A stretch of DNA of 59,710 nucleotides, counting the filler, from Stramenopiles sp. TOSAG23-6 (lineage: Eukaryota), in the NCBI GenBank assembly GCA_900128565.1. It is 3 parts of 3 records of this genome, joined end to end, with 100 filler letters (N's around TTAATTAATTAA, not from the genome) between each part and the next. Parts side by side here need not be neighbours in the genome. Positions count along the whole stretch, not along the records: positions 39,910 to 59,710 come from LT636045.1; 2 more parts are not named here. The stretch is one strand, 5' to 3'. A program made the position numbers and the translations under genes. The notes beneath the pieces are model-generated. The model was not told the DNA's origin. It ran no database searches and saw only the letters and a program-made list of their open reading frames with translations. Positions 45,579-55,863 of the stretch are shown here, piece after piece; positions within the stretch are counted from its first letter, which is position 1, and the number at the start of each line of letters is the position of its first letter.

Positions 45579-48404
45579 TTATTGCCGATTACACCCAGAT
45601 GTACCAGGTAACCAGATTCGTGTAGAATCGCCACCCAACTGCATTGCTGTATCAAATCGTTGTCCTGTATAAGGGTCAATATATAATTTTTCCCCTTGGA
45701 CGTGATGATGTAAAGCTACACGTCCGTTTGGAAATACGGCAAATACCATATTCTCATCAATAGGTTCTCCTGACACACAACATGTTGACTCACGGTCAAT
45801 AACAATCTTTCTACTTTCAAGGGAGTGCAATTCAGCAAGAACAGAAATCTGAGCATCATATTTCATTAAATGCTTCCGAACTTGCGCTTGTCTCAAATCA
45901 TGGAATCTCTGAGGCATTGTACGTTGGAAATATTCCATTAATTCTACTAATTTAACGTCATCAGGTATTACACGTAATACGGCAGTTGGATTGATGGTAT
46001 TATTCTTTAGAATATAAAGTGCCTTTTCACGATAAATGGATGAGTTTTCATCTTGTGTATTAAAAAGCATTCCAAGTAAAATAATAAAAGCTTCATTACT
46101 TGATGTACCACAACAAATACAATACTTTTCAGCTTCATCTATATTATTTAGACGACAAACTAATATATCCAAGGCTTCCGAATGTTTATTCTGTCTACGA
46201 TATAATTCGACATTTTCATTATGTAAATTAGTATCTTTTGTATAGAGCAAGACTTTATCAATGTCATATTCTCCATTCTGTAAAAATGAATACAATTTAT
46301 CACGTATTTCCACAACTTCAGGACTATTATCATCTAATAGGGAAATGACATGAGTTGCATACTCTAATGCTAATCGAGTACCCAATTCAATATCAGACAT
46401 TCCTTGTACAGATAGTTTGTTTTCCAAATATTTACGTAGAAGTTGCCCATCTAGTTGACCTTCTAAATGTTTTATAACACGCATTGGATTCAAACCAGAT
46501 GTAGAGGGTGACATAAACACAGAAAGTATTTCCTGCGGATATTTTGATAAAAGAGGTGCAGTAAATTGAAAAATTAAATTAGCATCTTCTCCATTGGACT
46601 CTGGGTCAACATTTTTCGAACAAAAATAATTCGACATTGCTTTAACTGCACTTGTCCCTTCCAACCACCCACCCCATCCAGCACCCTCAGGCGAATCACA
46701 CAATTGCGCCCACACTGAGCATGCTTTCTGTTTCATACCACGAGTGGAGTAAAATAGAGCAAGAAAGTGTTCTAAACCAAATTGTCGCAATATTTTTTCA
46801 ACCAAAATCAAATCACAATAATTATTGGATACAACTAAATGTTGAAGTTCATTTTGCCACTGTGTAGAAGGTGGATTGGAAGACTCGTGTACAAGTAGAA
46901 CTAATACTTTTAATAAAGAAGAGTCAACACAAGTCAAAGCTTCATTACCACCCCGTTGGCGTAATTGTCGACGACACGTTTCACTATTTTTGTGTGATAT
47001 CAATACGCGTGCAAGACACGCTCGTGCTCCTCCATCATTAATTACAGAATTACCAATTGAAATTGAAGATAAATTTTTCTCTCTTTGAAAAGAAAATCCA
47101 GGAGGTTGAATATCTGGGAACAATGCAATTAAATTCCTAGGATCTTCACTAATATCCCCTGCAATAGCTTCTTCCCAATGTTTTGCTGCTTCATCAAATT
47201 GTAAAGCAGAAAATAATACATGTGCAGCTTTTGCTGCAAATTTTGAAATTCGGGTATTCCAAATAGACAATTTATCAAATTGTTTATTTTTCTCCATTTG
47301 CTCGCGTTCATTTTCTAAAACATTTCTTGCTTGAGCAACTTGTGGAGGATCTAAATCTAACAAAGTTTGTACTTGTATATCTGTCGGAACTGACTGAATG
47401 AATGATAACGACCGACTCGCAACAATAAAAGCAAAACCATCAGTTTGACTACAACCTCCTCCACTTGATGAATTCATATGAGATGCACGAAATCCTCCAT
47501 CCACAAGAACACTACCTGTACCAATAATAGGCATTTCTTGTATAAGTTGTGGCATCTGACCATCTCCATTGTCAAATTTATAAACAGCAATATGATCTCT
47601 GTATAATGTAAGTAAATGTCTCCCACAGTAACCAAAAGACACAGGCAAAGTTGGCCATTGTATTGGATTTCGTGTTACCGGTGTTGCGTTAAAATGTAAA
47701 AACATACCGAGTGATGGTGCGCCAACAACTAATAATTGTTCATTAGGAACCAACTTCATTCTTGGTGGAGTGTCAGCGTCAAGTAGACCAGGTACCTCAA
47801 CAGACTGTCCTGTGCTAACAGTAATAATTGAATATTCTTTCCTAAATCCTAGACAAATGCTATCACCTAACCATTCCATATCCAATGGAGTTTGAGTAAT
47901 TGGCAATTCTTTCAAAAATCGATATTGACCACGAGCATACTCATATAGAGATAGTTTTTTCTTTTCGGCAACGCACAGGGGGAATAACGGTGGACCACTT
48001 TTATTTTGTACAAACAAATTTGCAGATTGATGCTTCGACAATGACTTACTTTCTACTGGATCTAAAGTTAAGAGATTTCGCACCGTAATACAACCATCTT
48101 CACAAAGAGCAATAATTCTCTGGATTCCACTGACTGCTTCGAGTTGTCGAACTCGTTTACGCTTTGGACTAATAAGCACAGAAGCGACTTCTCGAGCCAG
48201 ACCAACATCAGGGCAACTACTACCTTGTGGTGTCGAAAGCTTAAACCAAACTATTTCACCTTTGTATGTACCAATGTAAATATTAACACACTTATTTTGA
48301 ACATCATACCAATATGCAAGTGAACTTGCTTTACGAGACCCCATATCAGGTATAATTTTATGAAGTTTGAACGCATGGGACTTTGTCAGAGTAGGTTTAG
48401 ACAT
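45579..48404 (-). CDS. Vps39/TGFBRAP1-like HOPS/CORVET subunit
   Basis: CNH domain (MEWLGDSICLGFRKEYSII), clathrin-like repeat (AEKYC), C-terminal CCVSGEPI...FAVFPNG...H. Confidence 0.88.
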   Translation of the reverse strand: MSKPTLTKSHAFKLHKIIPDMGSRKASSLAYWYDVQNKCVNIYIGTYKGEIVWFKLSTPQGSSCPDVGLAREVASVLISPKRKRVRQLEAVSGIQRIIALCEDGCITVRNLLTLDPVESKSLSKHQSANLFVQNKSGPPLFPLCVAEKKKLSLYEYARGQYRFLKELPITQTPLDMEWLGDSICLGFRKEYSIITVSTGQSVEVPGLLDADTPPRMKLVPNEQLLVVGAPSLGMFLHFNATPVTRNPIQWPTLPVSFGYCGRHLLTLYRDHIAVYKFDNGDGQMPQLIQEMPIIGTGSVLVDGGFRASHMNSSSGGGCSQTDGFAFIVASRSLSFIQSVPTDIQVQTLLDLDPPQVAQARNVLENEREQMEKNKQFDKLSIWNTRISKFAAKAAHVLFSALQFDEAAKHWEEAIAGDISEDPRNLIALFPDIQPPGFSFQREKNLSSISIGNSVINDGGARACLARVLISHKNSETCRRQLRQRGGNEALTCVDSSLLKVLVLLVHESSNPPSTQWQNELQHLVVSNNYCDLILVEKILRQFGLEHFLALFYSTRGMKQKACSVWAQLCDSPEGAGWGGWLEGTSAVKAMSNYFCSKNVDPESNGEDANLIFQFTAPLLSKYPQEILSVFMSPSTSGLNPMRVIKHLEGQLDGQLLRKYLENKLSVQGMSDIELGTRLALEYATHVISLLDDNSPEVVEIRDKLYSFLQNGEYDIDKVLLYTKDTNLHNENVELYRRQNKHSEALDILVCRLNNIDEAEKYCICCGTSSNEAFIILLGMLFNTQDENSSIYREKALYILKNNTINPTAVLRVIPDDVKLVELMEYFQRTMPQRFHDLRQAQVRKHLMKYDAQISVLAELHSLESRKIVIDRESTCCVSGEPIDENMVFAVFPNGRVALHHHVQGEKLYIDPYTGQRFDTAMQLGGDSTRIWLPGTSGCNRQ

Positions 48405-48821
48405 TTCTTCAAAAAGGACACGACGACTCTTCTTCCAGTGCTATTTTACCAATTAAGACACTTTGATAAATTCTAAAGATCCTCCCTGGACACTGTTGAG
48501 TTCAACACCCGCAGAGATTACTTGATTAGCGTGCAATGTTCAAAATAAAACTCAGGCTTTTTTACTGTACTTATACTGAGTTGAGTTGATGATTGATTGG
48601 CCATACGAACTGGCCGATAAGATGATAAGATATCGATATCGATCGATCGCGATATTTCGATTTATAGCCTAGCAGGTTTGCGATGAAGGGAATTTTGGTA
48701 GTTTTTATTTGAAATTATTACTCAGAGACTAGTAGTATCTAAAAATTCTCAAATTAAAAGTATTAGGCTTATATTTTGTTCAACATTATTTCCCATTGAA
48801 ACAAACTACGTTACTGAAGGT

Positions 48822-49446
48822 ATGTTAGCCCCAAAGCGTACATCTCAGAAAGTTGTGCAATTTATATTACTTTCCACAGTTATATTATTGACAAATCTAA
48901 AAACAAGTGTTGTTTCTATTAGAACGTTAAGCAGTGTAAGTGTTATTGCTTCTGTAGAAAGAGGTATCAATTGTGATGACGAGGAGGCCATTAATTATAA
49001 TAAGAATGCAGAGAGCGATGAAGACTGTGTGTATTCAAATTCAGAAGAATACCGGGAACCATTTGTCTATAAGTATTATGAAAGTGATTTAGATAAAAAA
49101 TCAGAGCAATATATAAATCCAGATATAAGGAATAGTTGGCGAGAGAATCGCAAAACGAAAATGGATATAGGAATACCAGTAGTGACAGAAAGTGATCATT
49201 CAGGAATAAAAGCAACAGGCCCCTTAGATGCTATGGGAGCACCTCATGGTATGTAAATTCAACTTTTTTATTTATTTTATTCCAAAACAAAAAATATTAT
49301 TTTTTTCACATAAAAGTTTAGTCTAACAAATTATTACTTGTTTTATATAAAATAACATTGTAGATTTGTGGCCAAATCCAATAGGTGTTCCATCAGTGAC
49401 AGCAACAATAGTTAATATGGACGAAGGGAATATGATGGGTGATTGA
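48822..49446 (+). CDS. Small secreted protein, 2 exons (GT-AG intron 49249-49363)
   Basis: Hydrophobic leader; CDDEEAINYNKNAESDEDCVY motif; CATG|GTATG...CTAAC...TGTAG|AT continues to TGA. Confidence 0.65.
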
Positions 49447-49639
49447 TTTTGAATATGTAAATATGATGAATTCATTAGATACGGAAAAATGTTCTATGAA
49501 TATGATACAATAAAATATATGGTATTATTCGTTTTATCTTATGTACAAAATAGTATGTGCAAAATAGTATGTGCAAATTTTAAGAAGGTACATCTAAAAA
49601 TAAGTGTTATTCAATGATGTACTTACAAATGAAATATCT

Positions 49640-50998
49640 TCATGGACGATCATTCGAAGAAGTTGAAGAAGTTGTACTTGCTGCGGCGGGCAGGGAAAAT
49701 GGATCTGAGGCGGGCAGGGAAAATGGATCTGAGAATGGATTTGGACCGTGACTTGCAGCAGAGGCAATACTCATACTTGGAACGTGATTTGTAGCAGAGT
49801 CAATAAAATCAAGCGAGTGATTTATTGAATTAATCGATTGAAGTGAGGCAATTCGGACATGATGGCCGAAGTTTCCGTCGTGTGATGGCATAATATTTGC
49901 ACCAGTTCCAAAGAATGATTGCGCTGCCTCCTCATAAATGGTAACACTCGTAAACAATCCATTTGCATTTTTAAATGTCTGGATAGCTGCTTTGAAGTCG
50001 TCTTCAGTTTTCGTATATTCCAAATTATTCGCACCATCGGTAATGGATATTACTTTAACAAATTCAGGTGTAGTAATTGCTTCAAGTGTTTCACATGTTG
50101 CTTCCCACAATGGAGTTCCACCACCCACTGAAGCGTTAAAATCATTTATTTCATCATCTGTGATATCAGAAACGTTTTTGTTCATTTTAATGTCTATTCC
50201 AGCTTTGCCTGTGTTTTCATTAAATGTTAAAATCATGATTTTTGTGTTTTTTGGAGAACTTTCCTTCGCATGGCGAATTCCATCTTTGATAGTATTTACA
50301 GCTTTGGCAATTCGAGTATCCATGCTTCCTGAGCAATCAAGAAGATAAATGATCACTTGGGCATCTTTTGTAGCAGGGATTTGTTCCAAGACGTTGTCGT
50401 AAGAACCGTAAGAAGAAGATTTTACTGCCCAGTTTACTGCACCTGCAACCACAGGTTGTGCTTGACTAGAAGCTTTCAACCGGGCCAGGAGGCCCATACC
50501 ACGACGACGAGGAGGGAGGCCCATACCAGGGGGAGGAGGAGGAGGAGGAGGAGGAGGAAAAGCGGAAGGCAGTGGTGGTGAGGATGAATTTGGTCCAAGT
50601 GAGCCAAGTGAGCCAAGTGAACGAACGCCAAGGCCAGAAAAACCCATAGAACCGACAGAACCGACAGAAACGGTAGAACTGATAGAACTCTGTGGCACAT
50701 ATACATTTGGTCCAAGCGAAGTCTCACGAGTCGACTGAGGGTCAGGTAGAGACCCCTTGTCAAGGTCGACGACATCATGCCCGCCCATCTGAGACTTGGT
50801 TAAAACCTTAGCCTCGGCCTCGGCCTCGAGAGTGCCTCCGCGGCGCAAGCGTTTAGGCGGTCCCTGTAATGCTTTTTGCTCCGCGTCGTTTACACCAGCA
50901 GGAGCTCCACGTTTTGCTCCACTCTCTCTTTCACCATTGGATGCGGCATCAGTTGAACCCACTGCAAATAAGATAATTAGTATTGCGCTATACTTCAT
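49640..50998 (-). CDS. Secreted vWA-domain protein with poly-Pro/Ser-rich linker
   Basis: Signal MKYSAILIILFA; MIDAS elements LLDCSGSM, GGGTPLWEA, ITDG. Confidence 0.82.
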   Translation of the reverse strand: MKYSAILIILFAVGSTDAASNGERESGAKRGAPAGVNDAEQKALQGPPKRLRRGGTLEAEAEAKVLTKSQMGGHDVVDLDKGSLPDPQSTRETSLGPNVYVPQSSISSTVSVGSVGSMGFSGLGVRSLGSLGSLGPNSSSPPLPSAFPPPPPPPPPPGMGLPPRRRGMGLLARLKASSQAQPVVAGAVNWAVKSSSYGSYDNVLEQIPATKDAQVIIYLLDCSGSMDTRIAKAVNTIKDGIRHAKESSPKNTKIMILTFNENTGKAGIDIKMNKNVSDITDDEINDFNASVGGGTPLWEATCETLEAITTPEFVKVISITDGANNLEYTKTEDDFKAAIQTFKNANGLFTSVTIYEEAAQSFFGTGANIMPSHDGNFGHHVRIASLQSINSINHSLDFIDSATNHVPSMSIASAASHGPNPFSDPFSLPASDPFSLPAAASTTSSTSSNDRP

Positions 50999-51077
50999 CG
51001 TTCCGCAGTATATTGTACTGCGCTTTCTTATTCTTAATAGAGTCAGACAGAGCACATTCGTTTATGCAAATTTTTCG

Positions 51078-51097
51078 AATTGGTCAGCTGACCAATT
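51078..51097. promoter_or_regulatory. Perfect 20-bp palindrome with two CCAAT boxes
   Basis: AATTGGTCAGCTGACCAATT, 80 bp upstream of the vWA gene ATG. Confidence 0.45.
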
Positions 51098-51488
51098 ATT
51101 TAACTATAGAATTTTGTATACATTTTTTTTTTAGTTCCTCCCTCTCGAGAAAACTGCCTGACCGACCAAAAACAATTTTTAACCTAAACAAACGAAGCGA
51201 ATTAGCGGATTTTGAGATTTTTATTTATGATAATTTTAGGTTGTATACATATGAAAGAGTAAGTATATGATGACTTCGACACTACCACACAATAAATACT
51301 ACCCCAAAAAAAGCTTAATTCATAATGATTAGATATATTTCTTTCTATCTTTCCAATTTATATTGTAAAACATTTTAAAATGATATTATGTATAAGTATA
51401 TTTGCATGACGAACTACCAACATCAAATTAAAATATTTCATTGGATAGTTTCAAATCCCAACAAACTAAGTAAATATTTTCACAAATT

Positions 51489-51606
51489 ACTAAATTAGTA
51501 TTCAAAACCAAATGAAATTGGCGTTGCATCTAAAGTATCTAATGAGAACTAAATTAGCATCCAAAACCAAATGAAATTGGCGTTGCATCTAAAGTATCTA
51601 ATGAGA
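51489..51606. repeat. 59-bp tandem duplication of the POLD2 3' end
   Basis: AAATTAG(T/C)AT(T/C)CAAAACCAAATGAAATTGGCGTTGCATCTAAAGTATCTAATGAGA x2. Confidence 0.9.
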
Positions 51607-53023
51607 GCAATACAGCTACTCCAGTTTCTCGAAATGATGGCACACAAACTACACGGATAGAAATATTACCACTATTAGAGCCAGAAAAGTCAGTAGATTC
51701 GCCTTGTACAATTTTGGTATCAAAAGCTGGTGTATTACCACAAAAAAATACATGTGGTGAATGTTTTAGTATAAATGGATCAGTCAATAAAAACGGAAAA
51801 CATCCCAACGTATCAGGAGCTGTTGGTGCTATGTGTCCCCAATCAAGCATGTCCTGCATCATCTGCAAGGGAGGTGACGGTGATTTCGAACTATTTTCAG
51901 GTGTTCTGTATCGCAAGGCATCTGTTACAGTTTGTCCAGAACTACCTAAAAATGAAATACCAGCAACTTCACAATGATATGGATTAGTGACGGCGTTCAT
52001 TGTCGGATATCGATTACTACGCGGAAGCAAACATGCATGTAATGGTTGCTGTGGCATGACGTAGTTAGTTGGATCTCTGCTTCCTGGCATAACATCAACT
52101 GGTACAGAGGAAGCCAATTCAGATATTATTGCATCAGCGTCTTTTATAGGCGACAAATCCTTTTTGACAGATTTTCCAAACTTTGCTTTTGAGTTGGATT
52201 TCAATATGTTTTCTGTATTTGAATTTGATATGGAATTACCAACAACAACAACACGGACAATTTGAGCGGCAGTGGAAGTTTCGGATTCACCCCCTAAGTG
52301 ACCTGTCACAAAGTCAACTAAAAGGCGTGTCATCAAAGATGAGTGTTCCGTGTCTCCCATCGAAATTCCAGAGACAAGTAGAATTTGCTTTCCTTTACGA
52401 TTAGCCATACTAATTGATGGTGACAGTTGTGGTCGAAGCCCAGGGAAACATATACCATCATTACCTGGCAACACTAAAAGACTTCCGTCCTTCTGCAATC
52501 TACCTCTAACTGCACACATCACTCCAGTGACTAATTTACCAACGGGTAAAGTTGCACCAGTTAATGCAATACGACCTGAAGCATCTTCAAGAACAAGAGA
52601 GTCGTCATCACTCGCAAAATTCGATCCTTCTGGTATATTCAAACGCACTGCTGGATCTGGGTCAATCTCATTCAGGATACAAGGCTTCTTCTTCATTTGT
52701 TTATAAATCGCACCAACGAATACATAATAGCATTGCTCAGTCTTTTCAGGCCCAATAATTGAATCCATAAAACAACTTCGGCGTTTCATAGATCTAGCGT
52801 CATTCTCCCAAAGAGCTTTAGCTTGTTTCATCACAAGTGGCCCCAATGTATTTTGACGCTTCACATATAAATGAGAGTACTGACGGTCGAAATTACCATT
52901 ATCCACAATGAATCGTTGGTAACGAGGCTTGTATTCTACACACTCCCTAGCATACCTAACCTCTTTGGGATCATGACCATTTACCAAATCGCTCTCTGAA
53001 GGTGGAGGCTGTAGAGAAACCAT
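51554..53023 (-). CDS. POLD2: DNA polymerase delta subunit 2
   Basis: RQYSHLY, LVLEDASGRI, VMPGSRDPTNYVMPQQPLH, HIAPTAPDTLGCFPF, PHVFFCGN. Confidence 0.95.
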   Translation of the reverse strand: MVSLQPPPSESDLVNGHDPKEVRYARECVEYKPRYQRFIVDNGNFDRQYSHLYVKRQNTLGPLVMKQAKALWENDARSMKRRSCFMDSIIGPEKTEQCYYVFVGAIYKQMKKKPCILNEIDPDPAVRLNIPEGSNFASDDDSLVLEDASGRIALTGATLPVGKLVTGVMCAVRGRLQKDGSLLVLPGNDGICFPGLRPQLSPSISMANRKGKQILLVSGISMGDTEHSSLMTRLLVDFVTGHLGGESETSTAAQIVRVVVVGNSISNSNTENILKSNSKAKFGKSVKKDLSPIKDADAIISELASSVPVDVMPGSRDPTNYVMPQQPLHACLLPRSNRYPTMNAVTNPYHCEVAGISFLGSSGQTVTDALRYRTPENSSKSPSPPLQMMQDMLDWGHIAPTAPDTLGCFPFLLTDPFILKHSPHVFFCGNTPAFDTKIVQGESTDFSGSNSGNISIRVVCVPSFRETGVAVLLSLDTLDATPISFGFGC

Positions 53024-53275
53024 TATGATGTTCTGTCAATTCAGAAAGTTCTGAAAGTTCTCTAAAAGAGTGCCCAGTAACCACACACGATTTGATTGAA
53101 TAAAAAAAATATTTTTTGATGTTTGACTGCGACTGTGTTAGCCTATAAATTAGCTAGAAATTGGACTGATCGAATGGATACGTAGCGAATACAACTTGGT
53201 ACCAAGTACTGGTCAGTCGCAGTGTTTGTGTTTCTGAATCGATATTATTTTTTCAATCTTACTTTCTTTATTGCA

Positions 53276-55730
53276 ATGGCCCTCATATTCACTGCTGCAA
53301 CTGCAGGTATGACTGCATTGCATGCTTCACGAAAGGAACACAGACGATACCTTCTTGAGACTGAGCCAATTGCACCTCGCAAAAAACATACTGTGTTATT
53401 TGGTAAAGTACCTGGTGAGATTCGTGGTGGAAATCCTATGACTCCTCCTCGGGAGTTGGATGATCCATACTTTTGGATGCGATCGGATAAGCGCGATAAC
53501 AAGGAGGTTTTGAAACATTTGGATTGGGAAAACAAATATACAAATAACTACATCGATGAAACACGTAAATTGGGTAGCCTGAAAAAGTGTTTATACAATG
53601 AGTATCTCTCACACCTCAAAGAGACAGATGAGCAACACCCATATCGTTGGGGGGNACTATTTATATTATTCCCGAACTGTTAAGGGCAAATCCTATCGAA
53701 TATATTGTCGCAAGAAGGCTCAGTATAAAGTTGCCAATCAAAATCTCGATGATGTAAAATCCATTTACTCAACAAGTGGCCCAGAAGAAGTTATTTTGGA
53801 TATTAATAAAGTTGCTGAAGGTCACAATTTTTGTCACGTTGGAGCTTTACAACCATCCCCAGATCATACTCTTCTCGCCGTTGCTGTAGATTTTTCTGGT
53901 GATGAATACTATGAAATTCAAATTTTGGACATAGCGACTGGTTCTATTATTGATAGAGTGGCGAAAACAGCTGGATCTATCGAGTGGGGATCTGACAATA
54001 GTCTTATTTTCTATACAGTGTGCAACGAAACACATCGTCCATTCCAATGCTGGAGACACAATGTTAATCAAGGGGGGGACTATTCTAATACATCTGATGC
54101 ATTGTTATTACAAGATGATAATGAAATGTTTTGGATGGGTATTTCAAAAACAGAGTCTGGTGAATTTCTTTTGTGTGAGACTGCATCCAAAGAAACGTGG
54201 GAAACTCATGCACTTGACCTTCGTCAAGATAGTTCGACAGAAGTAGGTGCTGGATGTGGTTCATTTAGATGCATTCATAGTCGTGAAAAAGGGCTTAAAT
54301 ATGAAGCATCACATGTCTATCTCAAAAGTTCTAATCCAGAAGGGTGTTGGATAATTCGTTCAAACAAGGATGGTTGTAAAAACTTTAAAATAAGTGTTGC
54401 ACCACTTCCAGAGAAGAGTACATTTCGATCGTCTATAGATCCAAAAAATCCACCAAAAGTTTCGTCGACCGATACCTGGCGTGATATATTGCCTTATGAT
54501 GAAAATACAAACATTACAGGTTTGCATTGTTTCAAATCTTGGCTCGTTGTCTATGGACGCTGCGATGGTTTTAAGCACTGTTGGACTGTATCTTTGACTG
54601 GAGTCAATACACCGATGTCATTGACAGGAGTTACAATGCCCGAAGAAAGTTGTGATGTCTGGGGTTCCAGGAATAGAGTTTTTGATACTCATCATCTTCG
54701 ACTTGGCTATACATCACTAACAAAACCTGATACATTATTTTCTTTTGATATGCGTGGAAGTGATTTAGTAGTTCTCAAAACGAAAGAGGTGCCCTTATAC
54801 AATGAAGAATTATATGTCTCAATGAAAACAATAGCAAGAGCATCAGATGGTCGTGAAGTTCCGATCTCTCTTGTAATGCGTGGAGATCTACGTGTCAAAA
54901 ATTTCTCCGGTAAAACAGGTAATTATTCATTAGATGACATTACATCTGGACCTTTACATCTGTATGGTTACGGAAGTTATGGCATATGTATTGATCCATA
55001 TTTTAGTGCAGTTCGACTAAGTCTTCTTGATCGTGGTTTAGTATTTGCAATTGCTCATGTACGTGGAGGAGGAGAAATGGGCAGATGGTGGTACGAAGAT
55101 GAAGGGAAATATTTATCCAAAAAAAATACTTTTACTGATTTTGTTGCATGTGCTGAGCACCTTATTGAGAAAGATATTACCAATCCTAATGTACTTTCCA
55201 TTGAAGGTCGTAGTGCTGGTGGTTTACTTATGGGTGCTGTAGTAAATCTCAGACCCGAACTTTTCAGAGCATGCATTGCAGGTGTTCCTTTTGTAGATGC
55301 TGCTGCTACGATGTGTGATCCAAGCATTCCACTAACAGTAGAAGAATGGGAGGAATGGGGTAATCCAAATGAAGAGAAATACTATGAGTATATGTTATCG
55401 TACTCGCCTCTTCAAAATATTAAAGAGAATGTCGAATACCCAGCAATCCTAGCGACTGGTGGTCTTCATGATCCACGTGTTCAATATTGGGAACCTATGA
55501 AATGGGTCAATGCATTAAGGTATGCCAGTAAGAGTCGCCGTGAAGCAATAGCTAACGGAACTAAGGTAGATAAATACAATCAACGACCAATTTTACTAAA
55601 GATTGAAATGAGTGCTGGACATTTTAGTGCAAGTGATCGATACAAAGAATACAAAGAAAAGGCATTTGACTATGCTTGGCTTCTTGATCAACTTGGACTT
55701 GGATGTAGCATTTCTAGATCAAAAATGTGA
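53276..55730 (+). CDS. ptrB: Oligopeptidase B (peptidase S9A); apparent frameshift at the ambiguous base 53655
   Basis: DDPYFWMR, LYGYGSYG, HVRGGGEMG, GRSAGG (Ser), DPRV (Asp), AGH (His). Confidence 0.92.
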
Positions 55731-55863
55731 GTCTCAGTTACAGTTAGGAAATAAGTGCTAGATCATTTGAGGTACTTTGCGCACAAAGACACCGACTTTT
55801 ATTGTTTGATTTTATAACAATATATTTATTTCCAAATGGTACAATGTGTAAAATGAAATTTAT

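Noticed and set aside
53640-53683. Programmed frameshift or pseudogene in oligopeptidase B
   Set aside because: The frame change coincides with an N after a G run at 53655; most likely a sequencing error.
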